Notes: generated from the letters alone by a model not told the origin. A DNA stretch of 64,000 bases from Mustelus asterias (GCF_964213995.1 NC_135812.1:28272001-28336000), one strand, 5' to 3'; shown: positions 1 through 14,977, numbered from the stretch's first letter. Program-made: numbers and translations.

Positions 1-569
1 TTCCCACTTACATGCTGCATGCCACAGCTTAATCATCCAAAAACATTGCATATTTCCACATACATGTGGACAGCACCGAGCTCCAGCCCACCCTCCAGTG
101 CATGATCTGTCAGACTGCACAACCGACATTCAAATTGACTATTCCAATGCAATCCTGGCCAACTTCCCAAGTTCTACCCTCCATAAATTGTATCATTCAA
201 AACTCTGCTGCCTGTATGCTAATTTGCACCACGTCCTGTTCATCTAGTACCCATGTCCTATCTAAACTACAGTCACTCCCAGTTAAGCAAAGCCTTGATT
301 TTAAAATTCTCATCCTTGTTTCAAATCCCTCCATGGCTTCACCTCTCTCTATCTGTAATCCACCAGTCCTCATATTGGTACTGCTCCAATATTGGCCTTC
401 AGCATCCCCAATTTTAAATCACCCCAAAGGCAGCCATGCCTTTAGCTGCCTTAACATGCTTTTGGCCATCTGTCCTAGTATGTCCCTAAACAGCTCAGTA
501 TCAAATGGTTTAATAACACGTGAAACACCTGGAAAAGTTTTACTATGTAAAAGTGATACATAAAGAAAA

Positions 570-785
570 TAAAAAAAGAGAAATGCTGGAAAATCTCAGG
601 AGGTCTGAAAGCATCTGAGGAGAGAGAATAGAGCCAACATTTCAAGTCTAAATGACCCTTTGTCAGAACTGGCTCAGATCAGTATTCTGACGAAGGGTCA
701 TCTAAACTCGAAACGTTGGCACTATTCTCCCTCCACAGATGCTGTCAGACATGCTGAGATTTTCCAGCATTAACAGTATTTTGCC
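570..785. mobile_element. Palindromic Penelope-derived element, second family, with hammerhead core
   Basis: Inverted arms ~582-669 and ~686-771; CTGACGA-AGGGTCATCTAAACTC-GAAACGTT on +. Related pieces at 4740-4875, 28915-28960, 31512-31590, 38830-39040, 47195-47560. Confidence 0.75.
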
Positions 786-2044
786 TTTAAGGCAATAAAG
801 TAATCGATAGGTAATAAAGTAGTTGATCTAATAAAGCGCTAGCCTCGAAGTGAGGCTTGGATTCACTCAGTTAGCCAGGCTAACAAAAATGGTGCAAGGT
901 TTAAAGAGTTTTGATATCTAATGCCATGCAGACATGGCATTAAATGTGCCAATTGTCAAAAAAGCTGGAAGATTCCAGGTCAGGACAGCAGTGGTAAGTC
1001 AAGCGGCCTCAATTTGGGAAGGCAAAGTTTATTTGAAGGATCCATACCCAACCATCTTCCCTTGAACATTGCAAGGTGTTTCAGACAGGGGCAAGGCCAA
1101 GCCAGACAGTGAGAGAGATGAGAAGGTGCACCCTAAGTATGGTTAAAGAAATAGGTTTGAGAAGTTTTCAAAAAGAGGCTGAAGGATTTTAGAAGTAGCT
1201 TAAACAAAATCAGACTCAGTCAGCTAACAGTTCTTCCACAATTAGTAGGGTGGGAAAATGGAGTATTCTGGGGCTGATGAAAAAGAGGGGGGAATATTCT
1301 GCTGGAGGCAATTGCAGTGAAGGTGAGATGAGGAAAGTTAATTTCCTGCAAGTGGAGAAAGGCAGAACCACTCTAGGTTAGAGGAGAGACAATACACTAA
1401 GGGGCAACAGTGCAGGTCAGATCAGTGGATGGAGAAAGAGCACATGCAGCTAAACCTGGAACTGAAATGCATTTAAGGGATAATGGACACAATGGACAGA
1501 TAGGCAGGTCAGACGCTTGGAATCCTGCTGCGAGTAACTCCTAACTCTGCACAGGTGCTCCACCATCTACAAGGCACAGTAGTGTGATGGAATACTTTCC
1601 ACTTGCCTGCACAAGTGCAGCTCTAACAATAATCAAGAAGCCCGACACCATCTAGGACAAATCAGCCCACTTGACCAGCACCCCATCCACCACCTTAAAG
1701 ATTTGCTCCCTCCGCTCTTGACAGTCTTGTAGCAGTCTTTACAAGATGCACTGCAGCAACTCACCAAGGCTCCTTCAAAATCCATGACATCCACTAACTA
1801 GAATTCAAGAAAGAGCCTCACAAGGCCACTTTCTCAAGGGCAGTCAATACTGGCCTAGGCAGTAATGCCCATTTCCCGTGAAAGAATAAAACAGCAAACC
1901 AGCTTCACACTTCTGAATCATTCTGTATGTCTTAATCATGATAATGGTATCACCTTAATATGTAAATCTATACACTTTCATAGGTTTGAAAGATTTGAGA
2001 AGTGTGAAGCTGTAGAGCAACAAATCAATGTCAAAGCAAAGCAA

Positions 2045-2318
2045 TGATGTGGAGATGCCGGCGTTGGACTGGGGTAAACACAGTAAGAAGTTTAACAACA
2101 CCAGGTTAAAGTCCAACAGGTTTATTTGGTAGCAAAAGCCACACAAGCTTTCGAGGCTCTGAGCCCCTTCTTCAGGTGAGTGGGAATTCTGTTCACAAAC
2201 AGAACTTATAAAGACACAGACTCAATTTACATGAATAATGGTTGGAATACGAATACTTACAACTAATCCAGTCTTTAAGAAACAAAACAATGGGAGTGGA
2301 GAGAGCATCAAGACAGTA
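2045..2318 (-). mobile_element. Penelope-like pseudo-LTR fragment with hammerhead core
   Basis: Nearly identical to 16665-16895; minus strand CAC-CTGAAGA-AGGGGCTCAGAGCCTC-GAAAGCTT-GTG. Confidence 0.85.
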
Positions 2319-3167
2319 CCAGGAAAAAAGCAATACCAGGAATAGATGGCACAAAAGCATTGTGCACTCATGAAATAAAGCAATTGCTCAAGTTTGTTTT
2401 CAGCCATCAATATTGTAATTTGATTATACAATTGAAAAAAAATAGTTAAAAAATCAGTTATTTCTTCAAAAAAATAGTTTGCAGCTCCCTTGACCTAGCA
2501 CATCAAGACAACATCCAGCACAGTCCAAGTCATGCAAATTAAACAGATGACAGAGTCATTAGTGAACTAGCATACAGGGGTCACAACTAGCCAGATCACC
2601 CATTTTGTGGGCAGAGAAAGTGGGGGAAGGGGTGAGCTAGAGGAAAAACGGTGGTCCACCCCACCTTTATCCAGCCATCTGGGTGGAAAATGAATGTGCG
2701 TACATGACAACAGTCAATTTTAGCTGTGATAGCCTTCATAATCAAATACCCTGCCATCACTCTCACAAACCAAGCATAAGGAGCTCATTTAAGCCAAAGT
2801 ACCATTGGGCATGACACTTCCGAAATGCCAGAAAAAGCTAATATCTTGGAAGACAGAGGAAACCTTTAACAATCTGTTGGCATGGTACACCAAGTTGTAT
2901 GTGTGTGCCAGACTGGGTACAAATGGTACAAGATTAGCTAAAATGAGTACCACAAGTGGCTGCACGAACCAAATATTTTGCATAATCTTCCATGTAAATT
3001 CAACTATCATTCTACACAATTACACATTTATAAAATCCCACATATTTTAACATGGGAAACTGCACACTGATTTCAGGTTTATTGTGTGCACGCTGATTTC
3101 AAGTTTACTGCAATGTAATTATTTTCCAAAGATGCGAGCAAGTAAAACTTTGCAATTTTGAACAAGC

Positions 3168-3298
3168 TAATTCTGTCCCAACTCAAACATTATACAGGAG
3201 CCAAAAAAAATGCAATCTGAAAATATTGGGGTTAATTCTGTCCCACTCAAATTATTATACAGGGGCAAAAAAAATGCAATATCTGAAAATATTGGGGT
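3168..3298. repeat. Tandem duplication, ~65 bp x2
   Basis: TAATTCTGTCCCA..ATTATACAGG..GAAAATATTGGGGT occurs twice. Confidence 0.85.
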
Positions 3299-3847
3299 TT
3301 AAAAAGTTACATTTGAAGGTGGAACAAAAATACAATGTTTTGCAGTCAAAAGGTTAAACTGGAATGTAAAACGTGATCTAATCATCTACAAAGAACGAAT
3401 TTATTTTAAAAAATGATAAAGGGATGATGTAACAATCTGCATTTGTACAAAGTCTGCATTTGAACTTGAAGGTTTTTTTTTAAAAATGCCAGTCATACAG
3501 CATAAACTGACGCACTTCATAACTTGGTAACTTGCAGGATCTGAGGCCCAAGAGGAGGAAAGGGCAGGCTGCACTCCAGGCGGGCCTAGTGGGCAAAAGG
3601 CTGCTGATGGACCTCCCTGCAGTTTTGCACACCGTGTCCCAAAGAGGGAAGTGCGACGGTGCTCAGACGCCAGGGGCCTAGTGCGGGAGCCCGCTGATCC
3701 TCAGGCGCGGGCGGCCCAGTTCCAGGCCAGGCCCCGAGGCCTCGCCCTTCCTCCTCACCCCCCATTTTCCTTCCTCCTCACCCCCCATTTTCCTTCCTCC
3801 TCACCCCCCATTTTCCTTCCTCCTCCTCCCTCCCCCCCCAAACTCAC

Positions 3848-3940
3848 CGTCAGGGTGTCGTCGATGTAGAGCGGGATCTGCCTCTTCTCGAAGGGGAACT
3901 CTTCCTCGCCGTCTCTGCAGACGGCCACCAGGCGCGCCAT
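3848..3940 (-). CDS. GGNBP2: GGNBP2 first coding exon (31 codons; gene continues off the left edge)
   Basis: Translates MARLVAVCRDGEEEFPFEKRQIPLYIDDTLT, the vertebrate GGNBP2 N-terminus. Phase-0 donor ACG|GTGAGT at 3847. Acceptor ttttctccccccccctcag| suggests the exon starts at 4027. Syntenic with PIGW/MYO19. Confidence 0.95.
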
Positions 3941-4606
3941 GTCAACACCGAGGAGGAGGAGGACGAGGGGAAGCTGACAGCACCAACCGCCACTCACTGA
4001 CACACACACACCCTCCCCCTGCGGGGCCTGAGGGGGGGGGAGAAAATCCTCCCGCTCCGCTTCAATCCAAACAGCTGAGCGCCCAACGGCGGTTGTCTGT
4101 GTGGGGTGAGGGGGCCCGCTGTGTCGAAGGGGAGGCTTTGGGCCTGGGGGGGGGGGGGGGAAATCAGGCTGGAGCCGCACTCAGGGACGGGCGCTGCCTC
4201 CCGCTCCCCGCAAACTCGCCTCCCTCTCCACCAAAATATTCGAATAAAAATGGAGCGCGTCACAGCCACAGCGCCGCCGCCTCCATCCGCCCCGGCAAAA
4301 GAGATCCTTCCCTTTAACCCCCTCAGCTCAGCGACGCCTTCTTCCCGCCTCAGTCAGCGCCACCACCCTCCCCTCGCTGCCCCCTCAGATTTCTTATTTC
4401 CCCCTCTCTCTCTCTCGATTGTTCTGTCTCTGTGTGCGTGTGTTTTGATATTAACTCTCTACTGTTGAACGGGCAGTTTTCCTCCTCTCTCTCTCTCTGC
4501 GGCCGGGCCCAGGGACGTGGCGACAGATTCAACATCCGCCACCACCCCCGCTGAAAGTAGTTCCGATCGGTCTGCGCATGAGCGAGGGAGGAGGGGGGCA
4601 GCCGAG

Positions 4607-4686
4607 CACTCGGCGCACGCGCGCTCACCCACTCCACTCGGCGCACGCGCGCTCACCCACTCCACTCGGCGCACGCGCGCTCACCC
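4607..4686. repeat. 28-bp tandem repeat (~2.9 copies) in the GGNBP2 promoter
   Basis: CACTCGGCGCACGCGCGCTCACCCACTC at 4607, 4635 and 4663 (partial), perfect copies. Confidence 0.95.
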
Positions 4687-4884
4687 GCTGGGATCCAGGC
4701 TCCTGTCTGCAGAGTCTCTGCCCAGCAAACAGTAAAGGGCTCTGATGAAAAGTCACCCAATACTCGAAACGTTGGCTCTATTCTCTCCCACAAACGCTGT
4801 CAGACCTGCTGAGGGTTTGCCAGCATTTTTCAGTTTTTGTTTCAGATTTCAGCACCTGCAATATTTTGCTTTTATTCTGAACAA

Positions 4885-5412
4885 TAACACAGTGGTTGGC
4901 TCTGCTGCTTCACAGCACCAGGGACCCGGGTTCGATTCCCGGCTTGGGTCGCTGTTATGTGTGGAGTTTGCACGTTCTCCGCATAGAAACCCTACAGTAC
5001 AGAAAGAGGCCATCTGGCCCATCGAGTCTGCACCGACCACAATCCCACCCAGGCCCCACCCCCATATCCCTACACATTTACCCGCTAATCCCTCTAACCT
5101 ACGCATCTCAGCACACTAAGGGGCAATTTTAGCATGGCCAATCAACCTAACCCACACATCTTTGGACTGTGGGAGGAAACCGGAGCACCCGGAGGAAACC
5201 CACACAGACATGGGGAGAATGTGCAAACTCCACACATGTCTGCATGGGTTTCCTCCGGGTGTTCCGGTTTCCTCCCACGGTCTGAAAGACGTGCTGGTAT
5301 GGGGCATTGACCCAAACAGACTGTGGCGACTAGGGGAATTTCACAGTAACTTCATCGCACTGTTAATGTAAGCCTTACTTGTGACTAATAAATAAATAAA
5401 CTTTAAACTTTA
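4885..5412 (+). mobile_element. tRNA-derived V-SINE with an antisense V-SINE (4983-5236) inserted
   Basis: B box GGTTCGATTCC and V-core GTGTGGAGTTTGCACGTTCTCC...GGTTTCCTCCGGGTG split by the inner copy. Confidence 0.8.
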
Positions 5413-5984
5413 GTAATGATGCCCGGAGAGAGTTGGCCAAAATAACTGAAAAACACCCACTTACCACAGGAGGCCACAGAGAGCCCACACTACTTTGCAT
5501 CAATAAATCCTTGGTGTAGATTGTATTTTCTTTTTAAAAAAAGGAAAGATTTGCATTTATATTTCACTCACACAGGGCATGCCAAAGTTCTTCACTGACC
5601 TTGAACTGCAGTCATTTGTCATGTAGCAGCAACCAATTTGGGCATAGCAAGATACAAATGACAATCCAGTCAGACACGGAAGGCCAAATGGCCTTCTGTG
5701 CTGTAATTCTGTGATTTTTAAAAACTTGATTTGATTTATTATTGTCACATGTATTGGTACACAGTGAAAAGTATTGTGTCTTGCTCGTCATACAGACAAA
5801 ATATATTGTTCATAGAGTACATTGGGGAGAAGGAAAGGAGAAGGTGCAGAATATAGTGTTACAGTCATAGCTAGGGTGTAGAGAAAGGTCCATTCAAAAG
5901 TCTGATGTTAGCAGGTGATAATGAAAATTTGTTATTAGATGTTGGTTGAAGAATAAAGTATTGGTAGAGATTGGCACCCTTCCA

Positions 5985-6850
5985 TCTGCAAGAGATGGTG
6001 GGAATGCAGCCTCAGAACTTTGGTGAGGTCAGATAAGATCGTTTGCTGCACTTCCTATGACAACTGAACAAGCTGATTCTGGAGAGCCAACGTCTACCAC
6101 ATACATGTGCTGCATGTGAAGTTATCCCTTGCTGGTGGTGAGGGGTGGTGTCTACTGACACCTTGGTGGAAGGCTGCCATCTGCTTTGGAGCTTTTGAAA
6201 CCACATCTCCTCTTGGTGGAAAATTCTTACCTAATAGTTGGTGTCGCCATTTGCATCAAATATCAGCTAGAGTTTCCCACTTGTCATGATTGATGTTGAA
6301 GGCTTTCAATCTCTCTTTTGACCTCATCCTTGAATCGAAGATTTGGGCACCTTTCTAGTCTCTTAGCATAGGCTATCTCCCCGCAGAGCATATTTGTGGG
6401 GGGTTTTGGCCATCTTCCGTCCTGTGCACATACCCAAGCCAGCAAAGTTTCCTTTGCTTGATTCATGCTCATAAGCTCAACGTGTCTGCTCCAGAAAAGA
6501 CAGCTTAGAGTCATAGAGTTTTTCAGCACAGAAAGAGGCCCTTTGCCCCAACATGTCTGTGCCTCATCAAGCACCCATCTATTTTAATCCCATTTTCCAG
6601 CACTTGGTTCGATATTGGTGAATTTGTTTTTCCATGTGATGCCGAGGTTGCGCCATACATTCGAAAGATGGAAATAATTTTGCTTTTTTTTTTGATAGGT
6701 GTAAGTTGTCCAAGCTTCACTGCCACACAGCAACATGCTGAGGATACATACTTTGTAGATAAGGATCTCAGTCTTGTGATCAATTTGTTGTTTTCCATGC
6801 CCATTTTGTTAGTTGGCCAAAGTTGGTGGCTGCCTATCCAATGTGTGTGA
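5985..6850 (-). mobile_element. Degenerate RTE-like LINE fragment with short CR1 3' insert at ~6507-6610
   Basis: Minus-strand remnants similar to RTE C-terminus (...DGRWPK...LCGEI...RPNLRFKD..KR). Confidence 0.55.
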
Positions 6851-7819
6851 ATCATAGAATCTCTACATTGAAGAAAGAGGCCATTTGGCCCAATGAATCT
6901 GCATCATCCACAATCCCCCCAGGCCCGATACCTGTAACCCCATATATTTAACCTGCTAATCCCCTGACACTAAGGGGCAATTTAGCAGGGCCAGTCAACC
7001 TAACCTGCACAGCTTTGGAGTGTGGGAGGAAACCGGAACAGCCAGAGAAAACCCACGCAGAATGTGCAGAATGTGCAGAGACAGTGACCCAAGCAAAGAA
7101 TTGAACCCGGGTCCCTGGCGCTGTGAGACAGCATTGCTAACCACTGTGCCACTATGCCACCCCACACATGGGGCTTCAGTTTAACGGTTCATTTACACAT
7201 CTAAAAGTGAACCACTTCCATTGTACTGCACTGGAATATTAGTCCAGATTTTGTACTCAAGCCATCAGAATGGGATTTCATCCAACAACCTCCAACTCAG
7301 AGGCAAGAATGCTACCAATTGAGTCCTAACTGATACATCACCTATGTACACACACATATAAATGCTAATTTTCCCTTTTCAGTAGAGGGCAGATGCACAC
7401 ACTTTAGAAATGAAGTCAGGTTCTTTCTGTCTGTTCTCAGAGCTTTGACAAGTGAAATTGTGCACAGCAGTAGATTTGCAAACTGGGACCAGCTCCCCAA
7501 TATTTAGGAATAACAAAATAGATGCCTAATTGGAGCCAGTGCAATACAGTAGAGGCTATGTCCTCAGCACATCCCAAAGAGGTCAAACATCCCAGCCAAT
7601 TCTTGAGAGTCCCTGGATTGTGACTGACCATCATAGTGAAGGTTCATTCGGGGAGGCGCTTAACATATTAAGAGACTTCATTGGGAACATATAGAGGTGA
7701 AATCAGGCATCAGAGAAAATGCACAAACCTCCAAGAAATGCATCTACCCGACCCTCCAAGCACCACCTGTCTCGCATGTGGCAGAGTCTGCATAATGCAT
7801 ATTGCACTTGTCAGTCATC

Positions 7820-9499
<1,680 letters not shown>

Positions 9500-10329
9500 C
9501 ATCTCAGAACCCATTGAATTATAGGCCATCCCCAATCCTGAGGGACAGCCTATAAAGAAGATGGCAGTCTGCATTGAATCTGAGTCAAAGTTGGTGAAAA
9601 TGGATGTGAAGGGAAGAAATTATGGAAAGAGAGATTTCTTCAAAAGAAAGGCAAATTGCACACACAAAAGTCTGTGGAAGGCAAGATCCAGCGGAGGAAG
9701 GTAAAGGGAATGTTTAAGCTACTGATATTGGGACAGGAGGGAAAATGATGGAAGGATAGCTGGTTAAAGAAGTTAAGGGGAACCAGCTTACATGTGAATA
9801 GATTGCTCAAAATTGTATCAAATTATAATGAAAGGATAACATTATTTGTTTTTTCCACATTGCTATCAAGTTTATTTTCTTAGCGACTAGTTTTATTTAG
9901 GGTAGCTGCAATGTAATTTTAAGCAAGCTTATAATTATATTTGAGAAGTAGCATAAAGATCAGCTCTGTCCTGTATGTATTATTATTTTATTATCTGTAC
10001 ATCAACACCATTCTAAATTGTAACTGATCAACTAAATGCAGCCAGTTATGCGGATAGGTGACAGCAACTTTAGTTCCTCAAGAGAGAGCACAGCACAGGA
10101 TTGTCTTGTCCGTTGAACTACTCATTGCTGTTCATCTCCTTGCCTTCCACTTTTCAGAAGTCTGAACTTCAGTATTTTGAGATTTTCAATGTCGGCATGC
10201 ATGTATAAGCCTTTCAATTGCTTCCTGGTTACATTTTAAGTAAGAATGACCAATTACTGATAGCTGCATTTCAACTGGAAGTAATGTTACCACTTTTCAC
10301 CAAAGTCATCTGAGTGCAGCTTAGATGCT

Positions 10330-11090
10330 GAGCACAACACTGGCATCTACCCAGCAATGTGGAAAATTGCCCAGGTATGTCCTGTGCACAAGAAACAAGA
10401 CAAACCCCACGTGGCCAATTACCGCCTCATCAATCCACTCTTGATCATCAGTAAAGTGCTGGAAGGGGTCATCAAAAGCACTATTAAGAGGCACTTACTC
10501 AGTAATAACCTGCTCATGGATGTTCACTTTGGGGTTCCGCCAGGATCACTCAGCGCTTCACCTCATCACAACCTTGGTTCAAACATGGACAAAAGAGCTG
10601 AATTCCAGAGGTGAGGTGAGAGTGACTGCCCTTGACATCAAGGCAGCATTTGTCCGAGTGTGGCATCAAGGAGTCCGAGCTAAACTGGAGTCAATAGGAA
10701 TCAGGGGGGAAATCTCAGCTGGTTGGAGGCATACTTGGCACAAAGGAAGGTAGTTGTGGTGGTTGGAAGAGAATAATCTCAGTCCAGGACATCACTGCAG
10801 GAGTTCCTGAGGGTAGAGTCCTAGGCCCAACTATCTTCAGCTGCTTCATCGATGACCTTCCTTCCATCAGAAAGTCAGAAATAGGGATGTTTGCTGATCA
10901 CTGCACAATGTTTAGAACCATTCATGAATACTCAGATACTGAAACAGACCATGTCCAAATGCAGCAAGACCTGGACAATATCCAGGCTGACAAGTGGCAA
11001 GTAACATTTGCACCCCACAAGTGCCAGGCAATGACCAGCTCCAACAAGAGAGGATCTAACTATCGCTGCTTGACATTTAGTTGCATTCAC
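10330..11090 (+). mobile_element. CR1/L2-group LINE RT fragment (second family)
   Basis: WKIAQVCPVHKK, ANYR, ALDIKAAF, MFADHCT; 3' pieces of the same family at ~1515-1890, 20065-21520 and 44305-44845. Confidence 0.85.
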
Positions 11091-11644
11091 TAATGTCCTT
11101 CAGGGAAGGAAATCTGCCATCTTTACCTGGTCCGGCCTACATGTTACTCCTGATCCACAGCATTGTGGTTGATTCTTAAATGTCCTCATGTGGCAATGTT
11201 GCAGGAATGGTAATGGCGTGAAACCAGATGAATGTAGGTTAGGTTGATTGGCCATGCTAAATTGCCCCTTAGTGTCAGGGGGATTAGCAGGGTAAATACA
11301 TGGGGTTACGGAGGTAAGGCCTGGGATTGTGGTCAGTGCAGACTTGATGGGCCGGATAGCCTCCTTCTGCACTGTACGGATTCTATGATTCTAAGATTCT
11401 ATGAGTGCAGTCCCATCCACCTGGACAACAGTGGAAAGGCATCAGAGGATAATGGTGTGGTCAACTGTGTCAAAGGCTGCAGGCAGGTTGAGGAGTTTAA
11501 CTTCATCACAGCCACATAGATGGTTATTTCTGACTTTGATAAGAGCTGTTTCGAGACTGTAGCATGGGCGGAGACCTGATTGGTGGGATTCAAATATGGA
11601 GTCCTTGGAAAGATGAACATGGATTTGACAGAAATACTTCAATT

Positions 11645-11940
11645 TTGATTTGATTTATTATTGTCACATGTATTAACATAGTGAAAAGTATTGCTTCTTG
11701 CACGCTATACAGACAAAACATACCGTTCATAGAGAAGGAAAGGAGCGAGTGCAGAATGTAGTGTTGCAGTCATAGCTAGGGTGTAGAGAAAGATCAACTT
11801 AATGCAAAGTAAGTCCATTCAAAAGTCTGACAGCAGTAGGGAAGAAGCTGTTCTTGAGTTGGTTGATACGTGACCTCAGACTTTTGTGTCTTTTTCCCAA
11901 TGGAAGAAGGTGGAAGAGAGAATGACCGGGGTGTGTGGCG
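11645..11940 (-). mobile_element. Rex/Babar-like LINE 3' end
   Basis: Minus-strand LKNSFFPTAVRLLN and (TCAAA)n tail; sibling copies at ~5725-5915, 29912-30100, 33570-33915 and 61085-61270. Confidence 0.7.
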
Positions 11941-12211
11941 TAGTTTAAAAGAGTTAGAATGGAGTTTTAGAAGCATAGAACGAGGGTAAAAGATAGAATT
12001 AGAAGGTATGCTGGACACAGCTTGCAAGAAGTCACCTCACTCCGGTGCCATTTTGGAAAACAAAAGGTTGGAAGGATGGTGTGGGTCAAGGGTTTTATTT
12101 TTGATGAGATTTAAAGGAGAGATGGCATTTGTAGAGAGAGAACCATTAACTGTCCGCGCAGCTTGGAGGACTGAAGGGCCTGTTCCCGTGCTGTACTTTT
12201 TTTTGTTCATA

Positions 12212-13678
12212 TCAGTTAATGTGACACCACTGTTTAAAAAAAGAGGTAGACAAAAGGCGGGTAACTATAGGCCAATTAGCTTAACTTCTGTAGTGGGGAA
12301 AATGCTTGAATCTATCATCAAGGAAGAAAAAGTGAGACATCTGGATAAAATTGTCCCATTGGGAAGATGCAGCATGGGTTCATGAAAGGCAGGTCATGTT
12401 TAACTAATTTAGTGGAATTATTTGAGGACATTACGGTGGGCAATGGGGAACTGGTGAATGTGATGTATCTGGATTTCCAGAAGGCATTCAACAAGGTGCC
12501 ACACAAAAGGCTGCTGCATAAGATAAAGGTGCACAGTGTTATGGGTAATGTATTAGCATGCATAGAGAATTGGTCAACTAACAGAAAGCAAAGAGTTGGG
12601 ATAAATAGGTTTTTCCTGGTTGGCGGTCAATGACTAGTGGTGTGCTTCAGGGATCAGTGTTGGGACCGCAATTGTTTACAATTTACAGAGATGATTTGGA
12701 GTTGGGGACCAAGTGTAGTGTGTCAAAGTTCGCAGATGACACTAAGATGAGTGGTAGAGCAAAGTGTGCAGAGGACGCTGAAAATCTGCAGAGGGATATA
12801 GACAGTTTAAGTGAGTTGGCAAGGGTCTGGCAGATGGAGTACAATGTTGGTAAATGTGAGGTCATCCATTTTGGCAGGAATAACAGCAAAATGGACTATT
12901 ATTTAAATGGTAAAAAATTGCAGCATGCTGCTGTGAAGAGTGTGTCCTTGTGTACGAATGACAAAAGTTGGTTTGCAGATGCAGCAGGTAATTAAGAAGG
13001 TAAATGGAATTTTGTCCTTCATTGCTACTGGGATGGAGTTTAAAAACAGGGGGATTATGTTGCAACTGTATAAGGTGCTGATGATGCCACACCTGGAGTA
13101 CTGTGCACAATTTTGCTCTCTTTACTTGAGAAAGGATATAGTGGCACTAGAGGGGGTGCAGAGGAGATTCACTAGGTTGATTCCGGAATTGAGAGGCTTA
13201 TGTGGAGGGACTGGGTAGACTGGGACTCTAGGAATTTAGGTAGGGACCTCTACCTCTAGGGACTCTCGACTTGGAATTTAAAAGAATGAGGGGGGAATCT
13301 TATAGAAACATATAAGATTATGAATGAAATATATAAGATAGAAGCAGGGAGGTTGTTTCCACTGGTGGGTGAAACCAGAACTAGGGGACATAACCTCAAA
13401 ATAAGGGGAGCAGATTTAGAATTGAGTTGAGGAGGAACTTCTTCACCCAGAGGTGAATCTGTGGAATTCCCTGCTCAGTGAAGCAGTTGGGACTACTCCG
13501 TTGAATTTTTTTAAAGCAAAGATAGATTTTTGACCAGTAAAGGAATTAAGGGTTATGGTGAGCGGGTGGGTAAGTGGAGCTGAGTCCACAAAAAGATCAG
13601 CCATGATCTTATTGAATGGCGGAGCAGGCTTGAGCGGCCAAATGGCCTACTCCTGCTCCTGGCTCTTTTGTTTTTTAA
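12212..13678 (+). mobile_element. CR1 LINE 3' part (reverse transcriptase, frameshifted)
   Basis: NVTPLFKK, GNYRPISLTSVVGK, QHGFMKGRSCLTNL, YLDFQKAF, GSVLGP, SKFADDTK; CR1 3' UTR. Confidence 0.93.
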
Positions 13679-14527
13679 CATGGAGAGAGGGGGAGGAAGT
13701 TGAATGGTGAGCAGTTTATTGGGAATAGGGCTGAGGGAGCAAGAGGTGGGCCTAATGGACAAGGTGAGCTCGGAGAGCACATGAGGGGAGGTTGGAGAAA
13801 AACTAGAGGAAGATTTGAGTTCTAGGCTAGGGTAGGAAGGAACTTTAGAGGAAATTTTGTCTGGTGGGCTAGTGGAAGGGTGTGGAGTGGCAGAAGCAGC
13901 TAATCAGATGGTCTCAACCTTAGTGACAGAGAAGCCCTCATTTCCTCATACCCATTGTTGGAGGTAAGGGTAGATGAAGGGATTGAAGAAGAGTTTGCAG
14001 TGGGAAAAAAAAGTTAGTGGTTATCTTTGCATCCTAGGATGATCATGAATTGGTGAGTTATTTTAGCAGATAACAGCAGGATCTGATGGGTGCTTTTTGT
14101 GGTACAGACAGATCTGGTGATGAATGGCTAAACTAGTTGTCCTCCATATCCCTTAATGCCTGTGTCCCTTGAATTAGAAGGTATGGAGATGAGGGATGTA
14201 CCAGTAGGAATGGAGTAAGAGTTTTAACAACGCCAGGTTAAAGTCCAACAGGTTTATTTGGTAGCAAATGCCATTAGCTTTCGGAGTGCTGCTCCTTCAT
14301 CAGATGGAGTGGATATCTGCAGATATCCCTAAGCAATCTGGTTAGTTCTGTTTCAGTCCTTAACAAGTTTAAGACCAAAACAATTCCTCTTCATGGGTCA
14401 ATAATCACATGGCATAACTGGGATTGAGAGCAACCCAATAATTGGATGTGCAGTAGTGAATAGCTGACCTCTGTACTGTGAGTGATTTGGCCAAGGTGGT
14501 CAATCTCACAAAGGTAGGGAGACTATT

Positions 14528-14793
14528 AGGACAGAGTTGAGGAGGAACTTCTTCTCTCAGAGGGTGGTGAATCTCTGGAATTCTCTGCCCACTGAAGTGG
14601 TGGAGGCTACCTCGTTGAATATGTTTAAATCACGGATCGATGGATTCCTGATCGGTAAGGGAATTAGGGGTTATAGGGATCAGGCGGGTAAGTGGAACTG
14701 ATCCACTTCAGATCAGCCATGATCTTATTGAATGGCGAGGCAGGCTCGAGGGGCTAGATGGCCTACTCCTGCTCCTATTTCTTATGTTCTTAT
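14528..14793 (+). mobile_element. Short 5'-truncated CR1 (same subfamily as 19148-19884)
   Basis: Near-identical reverse complement of 19155-19413; TTCTTATG-type tail. Confidence 0.85.
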
Positions 14794-14977
14794 TACTACT
14801 CAGAGTCTGTGCAACTACAAGTAGGATAAACTTGGATGGTGGATGTTGTTGTGGCCAATGATACTGGAGCCTATTAGCAGCTCATCTACTAAGGCATGAT
14901 CAGTGTAGGTGAATTAGGAAGGGAAGTAAAAGAGCAAGATGTAAGCAGAGTGCCGTTGAATCCTGATTTTAAACCTC

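Larger units (their letters stand above)
3640..4720 (-). promoter_or_regulatory. GGNBP2 CpG island / promoter region
   Basis: GC- and CpG-rich stretch spanning the start-codon exon, in a CpG-depleted background; NRF1-like GCGCACGCGC and TGCGCATG motifs. Confidence 0.8.
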
